From assembly GCA_965202985.1 (NCBI GenBank), contig CBDBCF010000001.1, positions 1,152,001-1,216,000 on the forward strand: a stretch of 64,000 bases of DNA, in the 5' to 3' direction. A program made the translations under genes and the position numbers. The notes under the pieces are model-generated. The model saw only the letters and a list, made by a program, of their open reading frames with translations, had not been told where the DNA came from and did no database searches. Source of the DNA: Longimicrobiales bacterium (GTDB lineage Bacteria; Gemmatimonadota; Gemmatimonadetes; Longimicrobiales; Gaopeijiaceae). Positions 1 to 9,179 of this stretch are shown here, piece after piece (position 1 is the first letter of the stretch; the number at the start of each line of letters is the position of its first letter).

Positions 1-1
1 A

Positions 2-277
2 TTGTTGGTTGACGAGATCGATACAGGGCTTCACTGGACCGTACTCGAAGGCCTTTGGAAGCTGGTCATCGAACAGGCAGCCAAGACCAACATCCAAGTG
101 TTTGCCACAACTCACAGCTACGACTGCATACGTGGACTCGCTTCGCTAGCAGCATCTCACCCTCGTCTCGCCCCCGAGTTCACCGTTCAGAAAGTCGAAC
201 GGGCACTTACGCGAGCAGTCGGGTTCGACAGCGATGACGTAGAGAAAGCAATCGATCGCGAAATTGAACTCCGATGA
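2..277 (+). CDS. ABC/AAA_21-type ATPase, C-terminal part (5' end outside window)
   Basis: Walker B/D-loop LVDEIDTGLH and H-loop VFATTHS; ATGA overlap with the next gene. Confidence 0.85.
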   Translation: MLVDEIDTGLHWTVLEGLWKLVIEQAAKTNIQVFATTHSYDCIRGLASLAASHPRLAPEFTVQKVERALTRAVGFDSDDVEKAIDREIELR

Positions 278-933
278 CGACGACGGACACTCGACGACCC
301 GTCCTTTTCGTCGAGGGCAAGGACGACGAAAATGCTATACGACACTTGCTCCGTAGACATGGTCTCGACTACGGTGATACCGGGTCATCGACACCGCTTC
401 CGGAGCTTTGCGTGCCTGGCGGCGGAGTGGACGGCGTGTTGGACACCATTGCGATTGGCGTGCGAAGCGGCACGGGCGGTTCGACTGGATTTGTGTTGGA
501 TGCCAACGACGAGCCCATCGATCGCTGGAAGGCGGTGGCATTCCGCCTTAGTCAAGTAGGCGTAGTCGCTCCCGAAAAAATACCAGAATATGGATTTGTG
601 GGAGAATCCCCTGAGTATGGCACTCGGGTCGGCGTATGGCTCATGCCCGACAATCGGGAGACCGGGGCTTTGGAAGAATTTCTGGCCAACCTCGTAGACA
701 CCGGCGATCCGTTGCTCGCGCACGCAAGGGCTGCAACGGATCAAGCAGTAGCCTTGGGTGCGGCGTTTAGGGCGGCACATACTCGGAAGGCCGTGGTCCA
801 CGCATGGCTGGCATGGCAGAGGGAGCCCGGATTGCGGTACGGTACAGCGATCCGCGCGAAGTACTTCCGTCACGATGCGCCGGTTGCGACAACGTTCGTC
901 GCCTGGTTTCGGGACCTGTATGACGTGACGTGA
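274..933 (+). CDS. DUF3226-like TOPRIM-fold protein (putative nuclease partner of the ATPase)
   Basis: N-terminal LFVEGKDD, FVLDAND (DxD-like) and GVWLMPDNRETGALEEFL motifs. Confidence 0.8.
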   Translation: MTTTDTRRPVLFVEGKDDENAIRHLLRRHGLDYGDTGSSTPLPELCVPGGGVDGVLDTIAIGVRSGTGGSTGFVLDANDEPIDRWKAVAFRLSQVGVVAPEKIPEYGFVGESPEYGTRVGVWLMPDNRETGALEEFLANLVDTGDPLLAHARAATDQAVALGAAFRAAHTRKAVVHAWLAWQREPGLRYGTAIRAKYFRHDAPVATTFVAWFRDLYDVT

Positions 934-997
934 TTACCCGTGGAGCGGGTCAGCTGGCTGCGGAATCGACGTCCCGCGGCTGTTCAGTCGCCCGACA

Positions 998-1275
998 CGC
1001 CCAGAACGGCACGTAGTGGCGCATTCGCACGCCGTTCCCGGATTCGGGACGACAATCAGGTCCGCGTCGACCGCTTCTCTCATGATCCGAGAGATCATCG
1101 ACGCGTTTTTGCCGAGAACACCCAGTTGTTCCCGCAGTGAGCTGTTCGTCATCCGGCGTCCGGTCACGAACCGGAGGCAAGCGCGAAGGTAGCACGCGCG
1201 AAGCCGTTCCTGCTTGTCCATTTGCCCCAAGGTCTTCCGGTCGAAGGGCAGCACCCGCGTGAAGCCAGACGGCAC
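998..1275 (-). pseudogene. Remnant of the C-terminal winged helix of an AlbA/Schlafen-RecG-C-type ATP-binding regulator
   Basis: ERLRACYLRACL..MTNSSLREQLG..SRIMREAVDADLI in one frame; the family's typical end (HYVPFWA) lies in another frame; N-terminal domains are missing. Confidence 0.65.
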
Positions 1276-1390
1276 GTCGAAGCGAGGTGGCGGAAGCTGG
1301 TGAATCCCACGGGCCGGCGGGCAGGCGGCGGGCGGACCAGCAGGCAGTCATCGGGCTCTGCGCCGCGTCTCTCCGGCTCCGCCGCGGCCC

Positions 1391-1482
1391 TTCCAGTCAA
1401 GAAACAGGCAAGAAACCAAGTCCTTGACGGCCAAGGACTTACGGGAATTGAGAGCCTTGCTGGCGGTTTCCAGTCAAGAAAA
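1391..1482. repeat. Direct repeats TTCCAGTCAAGAAA (1391, 1468) flanking a 25-bp palindrome (1417-1441)
   Basis: AAGTCCTTG-acggc-CAAGGACTT perfect inverted repeat; CAAGAAAC also occurs in tandem at 1398 and 1409. Confidence 0.7.
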
Positions 1483-1503
1483 CTGGCCCGTGGGCCGCGA
1501 GGT

Positions 1504-2760
1504 TCAGGACGGCCCCAGTTCGAGCAACCGTACAACGCGAACGATCGGGAGGCCGGATTCGTCCCTCTCGACGTACGCCATCAGCCCATCGGGTCCGAAC
1601 GCCGCCGGTATGCGGACGCCGTTTGCGGGCAGCGTGCCCACGTAACGGCCGTCGGCGCCAAAGACGTCGGTTGGTCCGTCGGAACGGCCGTCGCTGGCCG
1701 AACGCGCGACCCAGATGCGGCTCTCCGAGTCGATGGCCATCGCGCTGACGACGGGAATCTGATCCGCAAAGGTCATCCGATCCAATGCGGTCGCCAGGAT
1801 TTGGCGTCCGATCGCTTCACGGATCTCCTGAGACATCCCCGGACCGGTTACGGAAATCTTGCGATTCCGAACGACTTCGGTCTTCCGCTTCCGCTCGGCT
1901 CGTCTTATCTCCGGCGTGACGTCAAAGGGCGGAATCGGCCTCTCCAGCGTTCCTTCGACCACTCCAGAAACCGAGATCAGTTTGACGCGATAGTCCACAG
2001 AATCGACTACGGCAACGCGACCATCGGGCAGGACATCGACAAGCAGCGACGGCGCGAACTCCGGGGGTTCTCGCATTCCGATCTGCAGGCCAACTCCTAG
2101 GTCGCCGTCCGCCTGTGTTTCGTCGCGGCTTGCGTGGTCGGTCGTTTGGGGCATCTCCCAAGCGGTGTAGAGCGTCTGCCGCACGCCGTCCGACGAAAAA
2201 GCGTCTATCGGACGGCCGAGGCCGCCGCCCGACCTTCCCGTCGCAAGTATTCTGCCGTCGGGCAACGCTCGCAGCACGCGACCAAATCCGTTCAACGACC
2301 CGCGACCGCTCGACTCGACTTGAATGCGACCGCTCATCGCTCCGGCCGTATCGAACACCAGAAAGGCCCTGTGTCCCAGGTCCCACGCCAGCAACCGCCC
2401 ATCGTCCGTGGCCACCAGCGAAATCGGCGCTTCCAATTCGGCCGGGCCTTCTCCCGGATGCGGAATCTCGCGACGAAGGCTCCCGTCCGAAGCCACGACG
2501 ACGATCCGCTTCCGACGCGCGTCCAGCAACGCAAGATCACCGGACATGGTGAAGGCCAGCGAGCTGATCCGGCTGAACAACGCCCATTCCTCGCCCGAGG
2601 CACCGCCGCCCGCGACGAAGACTTCCTCTGTCGCGGCCGCTATGGGGACGTCCAAATCAAGCGCCCCTTCGTCCCCGCAAACCGCCAATGCCGCCAATGC
2701 AAAGGAGGCGATCATGACCGATCGCGCGGTTCCCGGCCGGCTATGGCTCGAGCGCTTCAT
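1504..2760 (-). CDS. 6-bladed beta-propeller (NHL/TolB-like) lipoprotein
   Basis: Signal peptide ending LAVC; GEGPAEL motif; C-terminal MAIDSESRIWV..TDVFGADGRYVG blades. Confidence 0.8.
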   Translation of the reverse strand: MKRSSHSRPGTARSVMIASFALAALAVCGDEGALDLDVPIAAATEEVFVAGGGASGEEWALFSRISSLAFTMSGDLALLDARRKRIVVVASDGSLRREIPHPGEGPAELEAPISLVATDDGRLLAWDLGHRAFLVFDTAGAMSGRIQVESSGRGSLNGFGRVLRALPDGRILATGRSGGGLGRPIDAFSSDGVRQTLYTAWEMPQTTDHASRDETQADGDLGVGLQIGMREPPEFAPSLLVDVLPDGRVAVVDSVDYRVKLISVSGVVEGTLERPIPPFDVTPEIRRAERKRKTEVVRNRKISVTGPGMSQEIREAIGRQILATALDRMTFADQIPVVSAMAIDSESRIWVARSASDGRSDGPTDVFGADGRYVGTLPANGVRIPAAFGPDGLMAYVERDESGLPIVRVVRLLELGPS

Positions 2761-2766
2761 TCCCAG

Positions 2767-4104
2767 TCAGTCGAGTGCATCGGCAGACGGCATTGCGAGG
2801 CGCAACAGCCGGACCACATGGACGAAGGGAACGCCGAGACCGTCCGTTTCCACATATGCCATCAGGCCGTCGGGGCCAAATGCCGTTGGAATCCGAATCT
2901 GATCCGGGGCCAACGTGCCCATGTACTGACCGTCGGCGGAAAACACGTCCGTCGGCCCATCGGAGGCACCGCTGTTTCCCGTGCGAGAGACCCAAATCCG
3001 ATCCTCGGAATCCACCCCCATTGCATCTATGACGGGAATCTGCGCGGCGAAGGTCAACTGCCGAAGATTGGTCTCCAGCGTATGACGCAAGGCTGTGTCA
3101 ATGGTCTCCTTGTCGATGCCGGACCCGTAAGCCGTAATCGTGACGCTCTCCTCAGCGTCTCCCGCCGTCAACTCCGCCTCCATTGCATCTCTCACGGCTT
3201 GCTCAACATCAGGCGTGACTTTACGCGGCAGAATTGCTCTTTCCAGTACGTTCTCAACGAGACCGCCAGACGAGAGCAACTTGATGCGATAACCTATGGA
3301 ATCGACCACGGCCACGCGTCCGTCCGACAGGACGTCCACCAACAAGGGCGGGGCAAAATGAGGGCGATCAGTGCCGAAGGAGAACATCCTCGTGTTGTCC
3401 CCCGAAGTCGGGACCTCTTCCATTTTCCGGTCAGTGGCAGACGGCAAGTCCCATGCCATCATTAAAGTGTCTCTTCCATCTCCTAAGGAAAGGACCTCGA
3501 CTGGACGGCCAGCGGCACCAAAACGGAACCCGCCAAATGCCACGATCCGACCGTCCGGCAACGGTCGAAAGGTCTTGCCGCTTAGGTCGGTGAGGCTTGG
3601 CACTTGAATACCGGTAAGACCCGGCAATTGCCGGGTAGATGCCGGTCCGCGATCGACCCGATGCTGCTCCAGAAAGGCACCGTCCAGACCAAATACCAGA
3701 AACGATCTGTGGCCAACATCATAAACCGCCAATCGGCCGTCGTCCATCGCCATGACCGAAGCCGGCGACCGCAATTCACCGGGTCCGTCACCCGCCCGCG
3801 AGAGATCGTGGCTCCGGTTGCCGTCTTGGGCTACGACGACGATGCGCCGCTGAAGGTTGTCCACTACCACCAAGTTTCCCTTGGCGTCGAACACGGCATC
3901 CGTAACCGCCGTGAACGATTCCCATTCCTCGCCTTTGACATCTCCGATGGAGAATACATCTTCAGTTGTTGCTACGATGGGCACATCGTCGGGCAGTTCT
4001 TGTTGGGCTGAGTTCCCGCAACCACCAGCTAAGAATGCGAACAGTGCGCAGATGCAGGTGACCTTACCGATCATCCTTTCCATAATTCTTATCCAGTTGT
4101 CCAT
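2767..4104 (-). CDS. 6-bladed beta-propeller lipoprotein, paralog of 1504-2760
   Basis: Lipobox LAGGC; AGDGPGEL motif; long similar blocks shared with its neighbour (FAPxLLVDVLxDGRVAVVDS, RIPxAFGPDGLMAYVE). Start may be the second Met. Confidence 0.8.
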   Translation of the reverse strand: MDNWIRIMERMIGKVTCICALFAFLAGGCGNSAQQELPDDVPIVATTEDVFSIGDVKGEEWESFTAVTDAVFDAKGNLVVVDNLQRRIVVVAQDGNRSHDLSRAGDGPGELRSPASVMAMDDGRLAVYDVGHRSFLVFGLDGAFLEQHRVDRGPASTRQLPGLTGIQVPSLTDLSGKTFRPLPDGRIVAFGGFRFGAAGRPVEVLSLGDGRDTLMMAWDLPSATDRKMEEVPTSGDNTRMFSFGTDRPHFAPPLLVDVLSDGRVAVVDSIGYRIKLLSSGGLVENVLERAILPRKVTPDVEQAVRDAMEAELTAGDAEESVTITAYGSGIDKETIDTALRHTLETNLRQLTFAAQIPVIDAMGVDSEDRIWVSRTGNSGASDGPTDVFSADGQYMGTLAPDQIRIPTAFGPDGLMAYVETDGLGVPFVHVVRLLRLAMPSADALD

Positions 4105-4175
4105 AATTTCTTCTTATCCAGTTGAACTTCTCCAATGCCGTCATGTTGTGGCATAAGCGTACGCCAAGCCTTCTA

Positions 4176-4490
4176 CTAAGTGCGTTCGCATGCCAGGATG
4201 AGGAGGTCCACAGGGCCTTTATTGGTATGGATGGTCAGCACGCCGATTATCTCACATGTCCACGTTTCCTCTTCTGGTTCGTTATTGACGCACGTGGCGT
4301 CACACTTCTCCTCGTGCTCCTGCGCAGGGACATGTTGGGCCGGAGTAGCCAGAGCTGCCGACATGACCAAGGCGATCCACAACCGCCACGCCTTCACGCC
4401 TCGGACGGCTGCTGGCTTCGCGGCAACTCCGCCGATCGGAACGGCGATGGACGCGGCAAACTGGAACAACGACGAGATTAGGAACCTCAT
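4176..4490 (-). CDS. Small secreted cysteine-containing peptide (104 aa precursor)
   Basis: AGGAGG RBS 5 nt before ATG; hydrophobic signal ending VPA|Q; mature region of about 48 aa with 4 Cys; co-oriented upstream of the propellers. Confidence 0.65.
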   Translation of the reverse strand: MRFLISSLFQFAASIAVPIGGVAAKPAAVRGVKAWRLWIALVMSAALATPAQHVPAQEHEEKCDATCVNNEPEEETWTCEIIGVLTIHTNKGPVDLLILACERT

Positions 4491-4534
4491 GGGAACCTCC
4501 TGGCTGGGTTGGCACGATTTGCGGGATGCACTGA

Positions 4535-4563
4535 AGGTTGGCGACCTCGCGATCGAATGTCAA
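4535..4563 (-). promoter_or_regulatory. Putative sigma70 promoter for the peptide-propeller operon
   Basis: TTGACA-N17-CAACCT on the minus strand, about 45 nt before the ATG at 4490. Confidence 0.4.
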
Positions 4564-4584
4564 GTCACGGGAGCCGTCCGGCTG

Positions 4585-5883
4585 TCAACGGGCTCGCCTC
4601 CGTTCGCCCCAGCTCACCGCCCGGCCAGCCACGGTTGGCCGCGATTCTCGCTCCAGGGCCCTCGCGATCAGCGTCCGCCCGTCGTCGGATTGGGGGCGGA
4701 AGCCCAGCAGCCGCAAGACGCCCAGGGCGCCCCAGCGGGCGACGCGACGGTCCGCAACTACGACGCCGGGGCGATCGGGGCGGCGACAAACGCCCGGCAA
4801 CCAGTGGGCGACCCGTCCGACCTTGAGCCGACGCAGCACGCCGGACAGCCGCAGCCAGAAGAGGGGGAACTCCCGCACCACGAAGAAGCCGTCTTCGCCT
4901 TGCTCCTGGTAGAGCGGCATGAGGACGCGGCCCGTCTCCGGGGCGGACACGCGGCCATTGCGGTCGTCGCCCAGCACATCGCCGGCGCGAAGAGGCTGGA
5001 AGTTGAGCAAGCCGGGGCGGCTGCAGTAGCGGTCGTCGTCGGCAACGGGATGGCGGTACTTTACTTCCAGTGCGCGGGGCAGGCCGCGGTAGGCGCTGCG
5101 CAACGCCCGAAAGCCCCGGCGGGCCTCGGGCGCGTTCGCATCGGTCAGCAGCCCGGCCGCTCGGATCGCCAGCCACGTTGCCCACGCCGCCCGCTCGCGA
5201 GATGCCGCCTCCTCGTGCTGACCGCACTCGAAGACGGCGGTCGTGTAGCCGAAGCCGTCCAGGTAGCCGATCAGCGTGCCCTCGACCGCTTCGTCCAGAC
5301 CGAGCACCAGCGGCGCCGGGATCTCCATGGCGAAGCGGCGGTTGTCCAGGAAGTCGGAGGTCGTGGTGAAGGCGCCGCCGCCACCAGACGTGGTGTGCAG
5401 GTCCAGCACATGGACGGGCCCGCGACGGCGCTCCGCGACCTGGGCCAGCACGTCCAACAGGCGGGTGATCTCGCGGCCCTCCCCCTCGTCGGCGTCGGCG
5501 CCGCTGGGCGAGACCGCGGCCGAGACCGCCGTTGCGTCGCCGCGCCCGCGCGCCGCCAAGCGTTCTTCCGTCCACGCCCGGTTCAGGTCGTAGGCCACGA
5601 ACCGCCGGCCCGCCGCCAGCGCTCCCAAGTTGCCCGCCACGGCCACGAAGTCGCCCGTCATGCGATCCCTGCGCGCATGCAACCCGCGCGTCACCGCTTC
5701 CAGCGCATGCACGCCGGCGGGCTCGTTCCCGTGAAGTCCGCCCACGCACAGCAACAAGGGGCCCGCCGAAGCTCCGGCGATCCAGGCCACGCGGCCCTGG
5801 GCCAGCCCCGCGTTCCGGGCGGCCGGCCCCTCGTCCGATGTCGCTCGGGCGCGCTTCGCCAGCGCCGGGCTACCCACGACCAC
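4585..5883 (-). CDS. Succinylglutamate desuccinylase/aspartoacylase (AstE/AspA, M14) family Zn hydrolase
   Basis: GGLHGNEPAG, DLNR, VLDLHTTS and FECGQH motifs. Confidence 0.9.
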   Translation of the reverse strand: MVVGSPALAKRARATSDEGPAARNAGLAQGRVAWIAGASAGPLLLCVGGLHGNEPAGVHALEAVTRGLHARRDRMTGDFVAVAGNLGALAAGRRFVAYDLNRAWTEERLAARGRGDATAVSAAVSPSGADADEGEGREITRLLDVLAQVAERRRGPVHVLDLHTTSGGGGAFTTTSDFLDNRRFAMEIPAPLVLGLDEAVEGTLIGYLDGFGYTTAVFECGQHEEAASRERAAWATWLAIRAAGLLTDANAPEARRGFRALRSAYRGLPRALEVKYRHPVADDDRYCSRPGLLNFQPLRAGDVLGDDRNGRVSAPETGRVLMPLYQEQGEDGFFVVREFPLFWLRLSGVLRRLKVGRVAHWLPGVCRRPDRPGVVVADRRVARWGALGVLRLLGFRPQSDDGRTLIARALERESRPTVAGRAVSWGERRRAR

Positions 5884-5890
5884 CGCCGCC

Positions 5891-7804
5891 CTACTCCTCC
5901 ATCAGCCGGTCTTCCAGCAGCTGGTAGGCCATCGGCATGAAGTCGGTCTCGCTCACCAGGCCGACCAGCTGCCCGGCCTTCACCACGGGCAGGGCGGACA
6001 GGCCGCGGGTGCGCATCTTGCGGATCGCCTCCAGGGTGGGCGTCTCGGGGGCCACTGTGGCCGGGTCCCGCTCCATCACCGCGCTCACGGGCGTGCTCTC
6101 GGCCTCCACCTGCGTCCGCCCCTCGGCCATCAGGCGCAGCACCGAGCGGTACGACACGATCCCCACCAGACGGTGGTCCTTGTCCTCGATCAGGACATGG
6201 CGGATCTGGCGCAGGTCCATCAGGTACGCCACGAGTTCGACCAGCTCGTCCTGGTTGACCGTGGTCAGGGCCGTGGTCATGTACTGCTCGACGCGCAGGT
6301 AGTTGTACTTCCACCCGCCGGCCTCGTGAATGTCGGCGGGGCCCCATTCGGCGACGGCCGTGCCGGCGGACTGCTGGCGCACCGTGGCCGCGGTCAGGGC
6401 GGCCAGCCGCTCGCCCTTGGTGCCCGACGCCTTCAGCTTGCCCAGCGAGCGCAACGCCCAGCTCGACCCCGTGACCCCGGCCTCCAGCCGCTTTCGGATC
6501 ACGTTCAGGTACTTGTCCACGTCGGCGGACTCGACGGGGTAGTCGCTCAGACCCTCTTCGGCCATCGGCAGGATCCGCTCCAGGACGATCCGGTCCGCCG
6601 GCCCGCTCTCGCCGTCCAGCCAGGCCATGCCCGCCTGCAGCCCCAGGCGCGAAGCCGCCAGGAAGTTGGCCTTGGCGTCGTCGAACTCCATGCGCTCGGC
6701 GAAGTTCGGAACCGCCTTGGCGATCCCCAGCACGGCGCCGATCCACAGCACCGCGTTGGCCATCTCGTCCAGCGTGGAAGGACCGGCGGGCAGCGCGCGG
6801 CACTCGATGCGCAGGTGGGGCTTGCCGTTGGAGATGCCGTAGCAGGGGCGGTTCCAGCGGTAGACGGTGCTGTTGTACAGCTGGAGGGCCTGCAGCTGCG
6901 GGACGCCGCCTTCGTCCAGCACCTGGAAGGGGTCCTCGTCCACGGCTCGGGCCAGCAGCACTCGGAAGGTGGCGATGTCGTCCTGAAAGAGCTCCGCCAC
7001 CGAGTGCTCGAGCCAGTGGCCGCCGAAGCGGACGCGGGGGCTCATTTCGCGCATGTGCAGGTCGGCGCCGCGCGTGTCCAGCGACTGCTGAAAGAGGGCG
7101 ATGCGCGTCTCGGCCCAGAGGCGCCGTCCGAAGAGCAGGGGCGAGTTCACCGAAGCCGCGAGCACGGGTCCCGTCACGGCTTGGGCCACGTTGTAGAAGT
7201 TGGCGAACTCGTCCGCCGTGACCTGCAGGTGCACCTGGCAGCTGGTGTTGCAGGACTCGAGCATCACCGAGTCGTGCTCGATCATGAGCTCGTCGGTGCC
7301 CCGTATCCGCAGCCGGAAGGTGCCGCCGCCCGCCGCGAGCATCGTTTCATTCAGGGCGTAGTAGCGGCTGCGCGGCGTGATGTTGTCCAGCGACAGGTCG
7401 GACTTGCCCAGCGTGGGCAGGATCCCCGTCAGCACGACCTCCGCTCCCTGCTTCTGGGCCGCTTCGCGGACGCGGGACACCAGACCGTCCAGCTCGGCGT
7501 GCATGTCCGTGAAGCACGACCCTTCGAGTACTCGTGGCGACAGGTTGGCTTCCAAGTTGAAGCGCGCCAGCTCGGTCGTGAAGGGATCGTCGTTCAGGTC
7601 CTCCAGCACCTCGACGGCCACGGGGGCGGGGCGCCACGCCTCGTCCACCAGGAACATCTCCTGTTCCGCGCCGAAGCGGCGGATGCCGGTTTCGATGAGC
7701 CCTTCCGCCAGGATGCGCTCCAACGCCTGCAAGTCGCGCAGCAGGGCGCGTGTGAAGGTGCGAATCGCTTCCGGCGACCGTTCCGGCACGAGGTCGAGTC
7801 CCAT
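5891..7804 (-). CDS. Glutamate--cysteine ligase-like (GCS2 family) carboxylate-amine ligase with C-terminal CBS pair
   Basis: FGAEQEMFLVD, ELARFNLEAN, SCQVHLQV, YRWNR and LRIECRALP motifs; two CBS repeats (VEQYMTT.., PVSAVMERD..LPVV..GLVSETDF). Confidence 0.9.
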   Translation of the reverse strand: MGLDLVPERSPEAIRTFTRALLRDLQALERILAEGLIETGIRRFGAEQEMFLVDEAWRPAPVAVEVLEDLNDDPFTTELARFNLEANLSPRVLEGSCFTDMHAELDGLVSRVREAAQKQGAEVVLTGILPTLGKSDLSLDNITPRSRYYALNETMLAAGGGTFRLRIRGTDELMIEHDSVMLESCNTSCQVHLQVTADEFANFYNVAQAVTGPVLAASVNSPLLFGRRLWAETRIALFQQSLDTRGADLHMREMSPRVRFGGHWLEHSVAELFQDDIATFRVLLARAVDEDPFQVLDEGGVPQLQALQLYNSTVYRWNRPCYGISNGKPHLRIECRALPAGPSTLDEMANAVLWIGAVLGIAKAVPNFAERMEFDDAKANFLAASRLGLQAGMAWLDGESGPADRIVLERILPMAEEGLSDYPVESADVDKYLNVIRKRLEAGVTGSSWALRSLGKLKASGTKGERLAALTAATVRQQSAGTAVAEWGPADIHEAGGWKYNYLRVEQYMTTALTTVNQDELVELVAYLMDLRQIRHVLIEDKDHRLVGIVSYRSVLRLMAEGRTQVEAESTPVSAVMERDPATVAPETPTLEAIRKMRTRGLSALPVVKAGQLVGLVSETDFMPMAYQLLEDRLMEE

Positions 7805-7871
7805 GGTCTCGGGCTCCCGGGGCTTGAAGGATGAAGGTGCGTGCGCGGCGAAGGCGAACGCGCTTGGGGCG

Positions 7872-8537
7872 CTAGAGAAAGGTGGCGACCGACGCCAAGG
7901 GCTTCTTCTCGATCCGGGGCACGCGGGCGTCCGCGGCAGGATAGCCCGCGACGAGCAGCAGAAAGGGCTTCTCGTTGTGCGGCCGGCCCAAGATATCGTT
8001 GAGGAAGTTCATGGGCGACGGCGTGTGCGTCAGCGTGGCCAAGCCCGCGTGGTGAAGCCCGGTGACCAGGATGCCGGTGGCGATCCCGACGCTTTCCTGC
8101 ACGTAGTAGTTCTTGACCTTGGTCCCGTCGGCGCGAAGCGAGTAGCGCTCGGCGAACACCGCGACCAGGCACGGCGCCTCCTCCAGGAAGGGCTTGTGCT
8201 CGTCGGTGCCCAGGGCCGCGAGCGCGTCCAGCCACTCTTGCGGCGCGCCCCCGTTGTAGAAGGCGCGCTCCTCGGCCTCCGCCGCGACGCGGATGCGCGC
8301 CTTGACCGCCGGGTCCGTGACCACCACGAAGTGCCACGGCTGGTGGTTGGCGCCGCTGGGGGCGGTTCCGGCCGCACGGATGCACTCCTCCACGACCCGC
8401 CGGGGCACGGGCCGGCGGCTGTACTCTCGCACGGTGCGTCGGCGCGCCACGTCCTCGCGAAAGGCGACTGCTCGGCGCTCCATCTCCGGGGCCGGGTACT
8501 CGACGTAGGAGGCGAGCGGGACGAAGCCGGGCTTCAA
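7872..8537 (-). CDS. Nitroreductase family, iodotyrosine deiodinase (IYD) subgroup
   Basis: [35 protein letters not shown] and LTHTPSPM motifs; TTG start overlaps the upstream TGA. Confidence 0.85.
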   Translation of the reverse strand: MKPGFVPLASYVEYPAPEMERRAVAFREDVARRRTVREYSRRPVPRRVVEECIRAAGTAPSGANHQPWHFVVVTDPAVKARIRVAAEAEERAFYNGGAPQEWLDALAALGTDEHKPFLEEAPCLVAVFAERYSLRADGTKVKNYYVQESVGIATGILVTGLHHAGLATLTHTPSPMNFLNDILGRPHNEKPFLLLVAGYPAADARVPRIEKKPLASVATFL

Positions 8538-9088
8538 CGGCCACCGCCCTGCAGGCGTCGGTAGCCGGCCACCACGTCGCCGTTTCCCATCTCGGCCAGC
8601 ACCCGTGCCGGCGGCACGCCCATGTGCCGGGACAGGAAGCGGATGTTCACCAGTCCCGCCACCTCGGCGTCCGACAGCGAGAGCGAGCTCCAGCGCGCGG
8701 CGTCCACCGCGCCGTACCGCTCGTAGGCGTCGGCCAGGAATCCGGGCGGGCCGTCCAGGGGGACGTGGAAGGCACCGGCGTGCACCGAGTACCCGCCCGC
8801 GATCTCCATCCATCCCGCGCCCCGCCGGCGCTGGGCCACCACCACGTCGGGGGAGACTCCCGCTTGGCCAGAGAGGAAGAGCACCACGGGGATTTCGCCG
8901 GCAGGCAGGCCCCAGCGGGAGAGCACCGCCACCTCGGCAGCCGGGATGCGAAAGTGCTGCGAGACGGCTTGCAGGTAGCCGGCAGCGGCGTCCTCCTGCT
9001 GTCCCAGCACGGGTCCGGGGGCGCAGAGCCCCAGCGCGGCCGCGAGAGTCGGCACGGCGGCCACCCGTATTGTCGTCAAGCTCCTCAT
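8534..9088 (-). CDS. Secreted hypothetical helical protein
   Basis: GGAG RBS, signal peptide, GC3-biased ORF coupled to the IYD gene. Confidence 0.7.
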   Translation of the reverse strand: MRSLTTIRVAAVPTLAAALGLCAPGPVLGQQEDAAAGYLQAVSQHFRIPAAEVAVLSRWGLPAGEIPVVLFLSGQAGVSPDVVVAQRRRGAGWMEIAGGYSVHAGAFHVPLDGPPGFLADAYERYGAVDAARWSSLSLSDAEVAGLVNIRFLSRHMGVPPARVLAEMGNGDVVAGYRRLQGGGR

Positions 9089-9179
9089 GCCGTTCTCCGT
9101 TGGTCGACGTGCTGGTTCGTCCTGCCCCCCTTACGCAATCTTGAACGGAGATCGTCCGTCCGCCAGGGACGCGTCGCTC

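Noticed and set aside
4510..4523. TGGCACGATTTGC, sigma54-like
   Set aside because: GG-GC spacing is 2 nt short and it points away from the peptide gene
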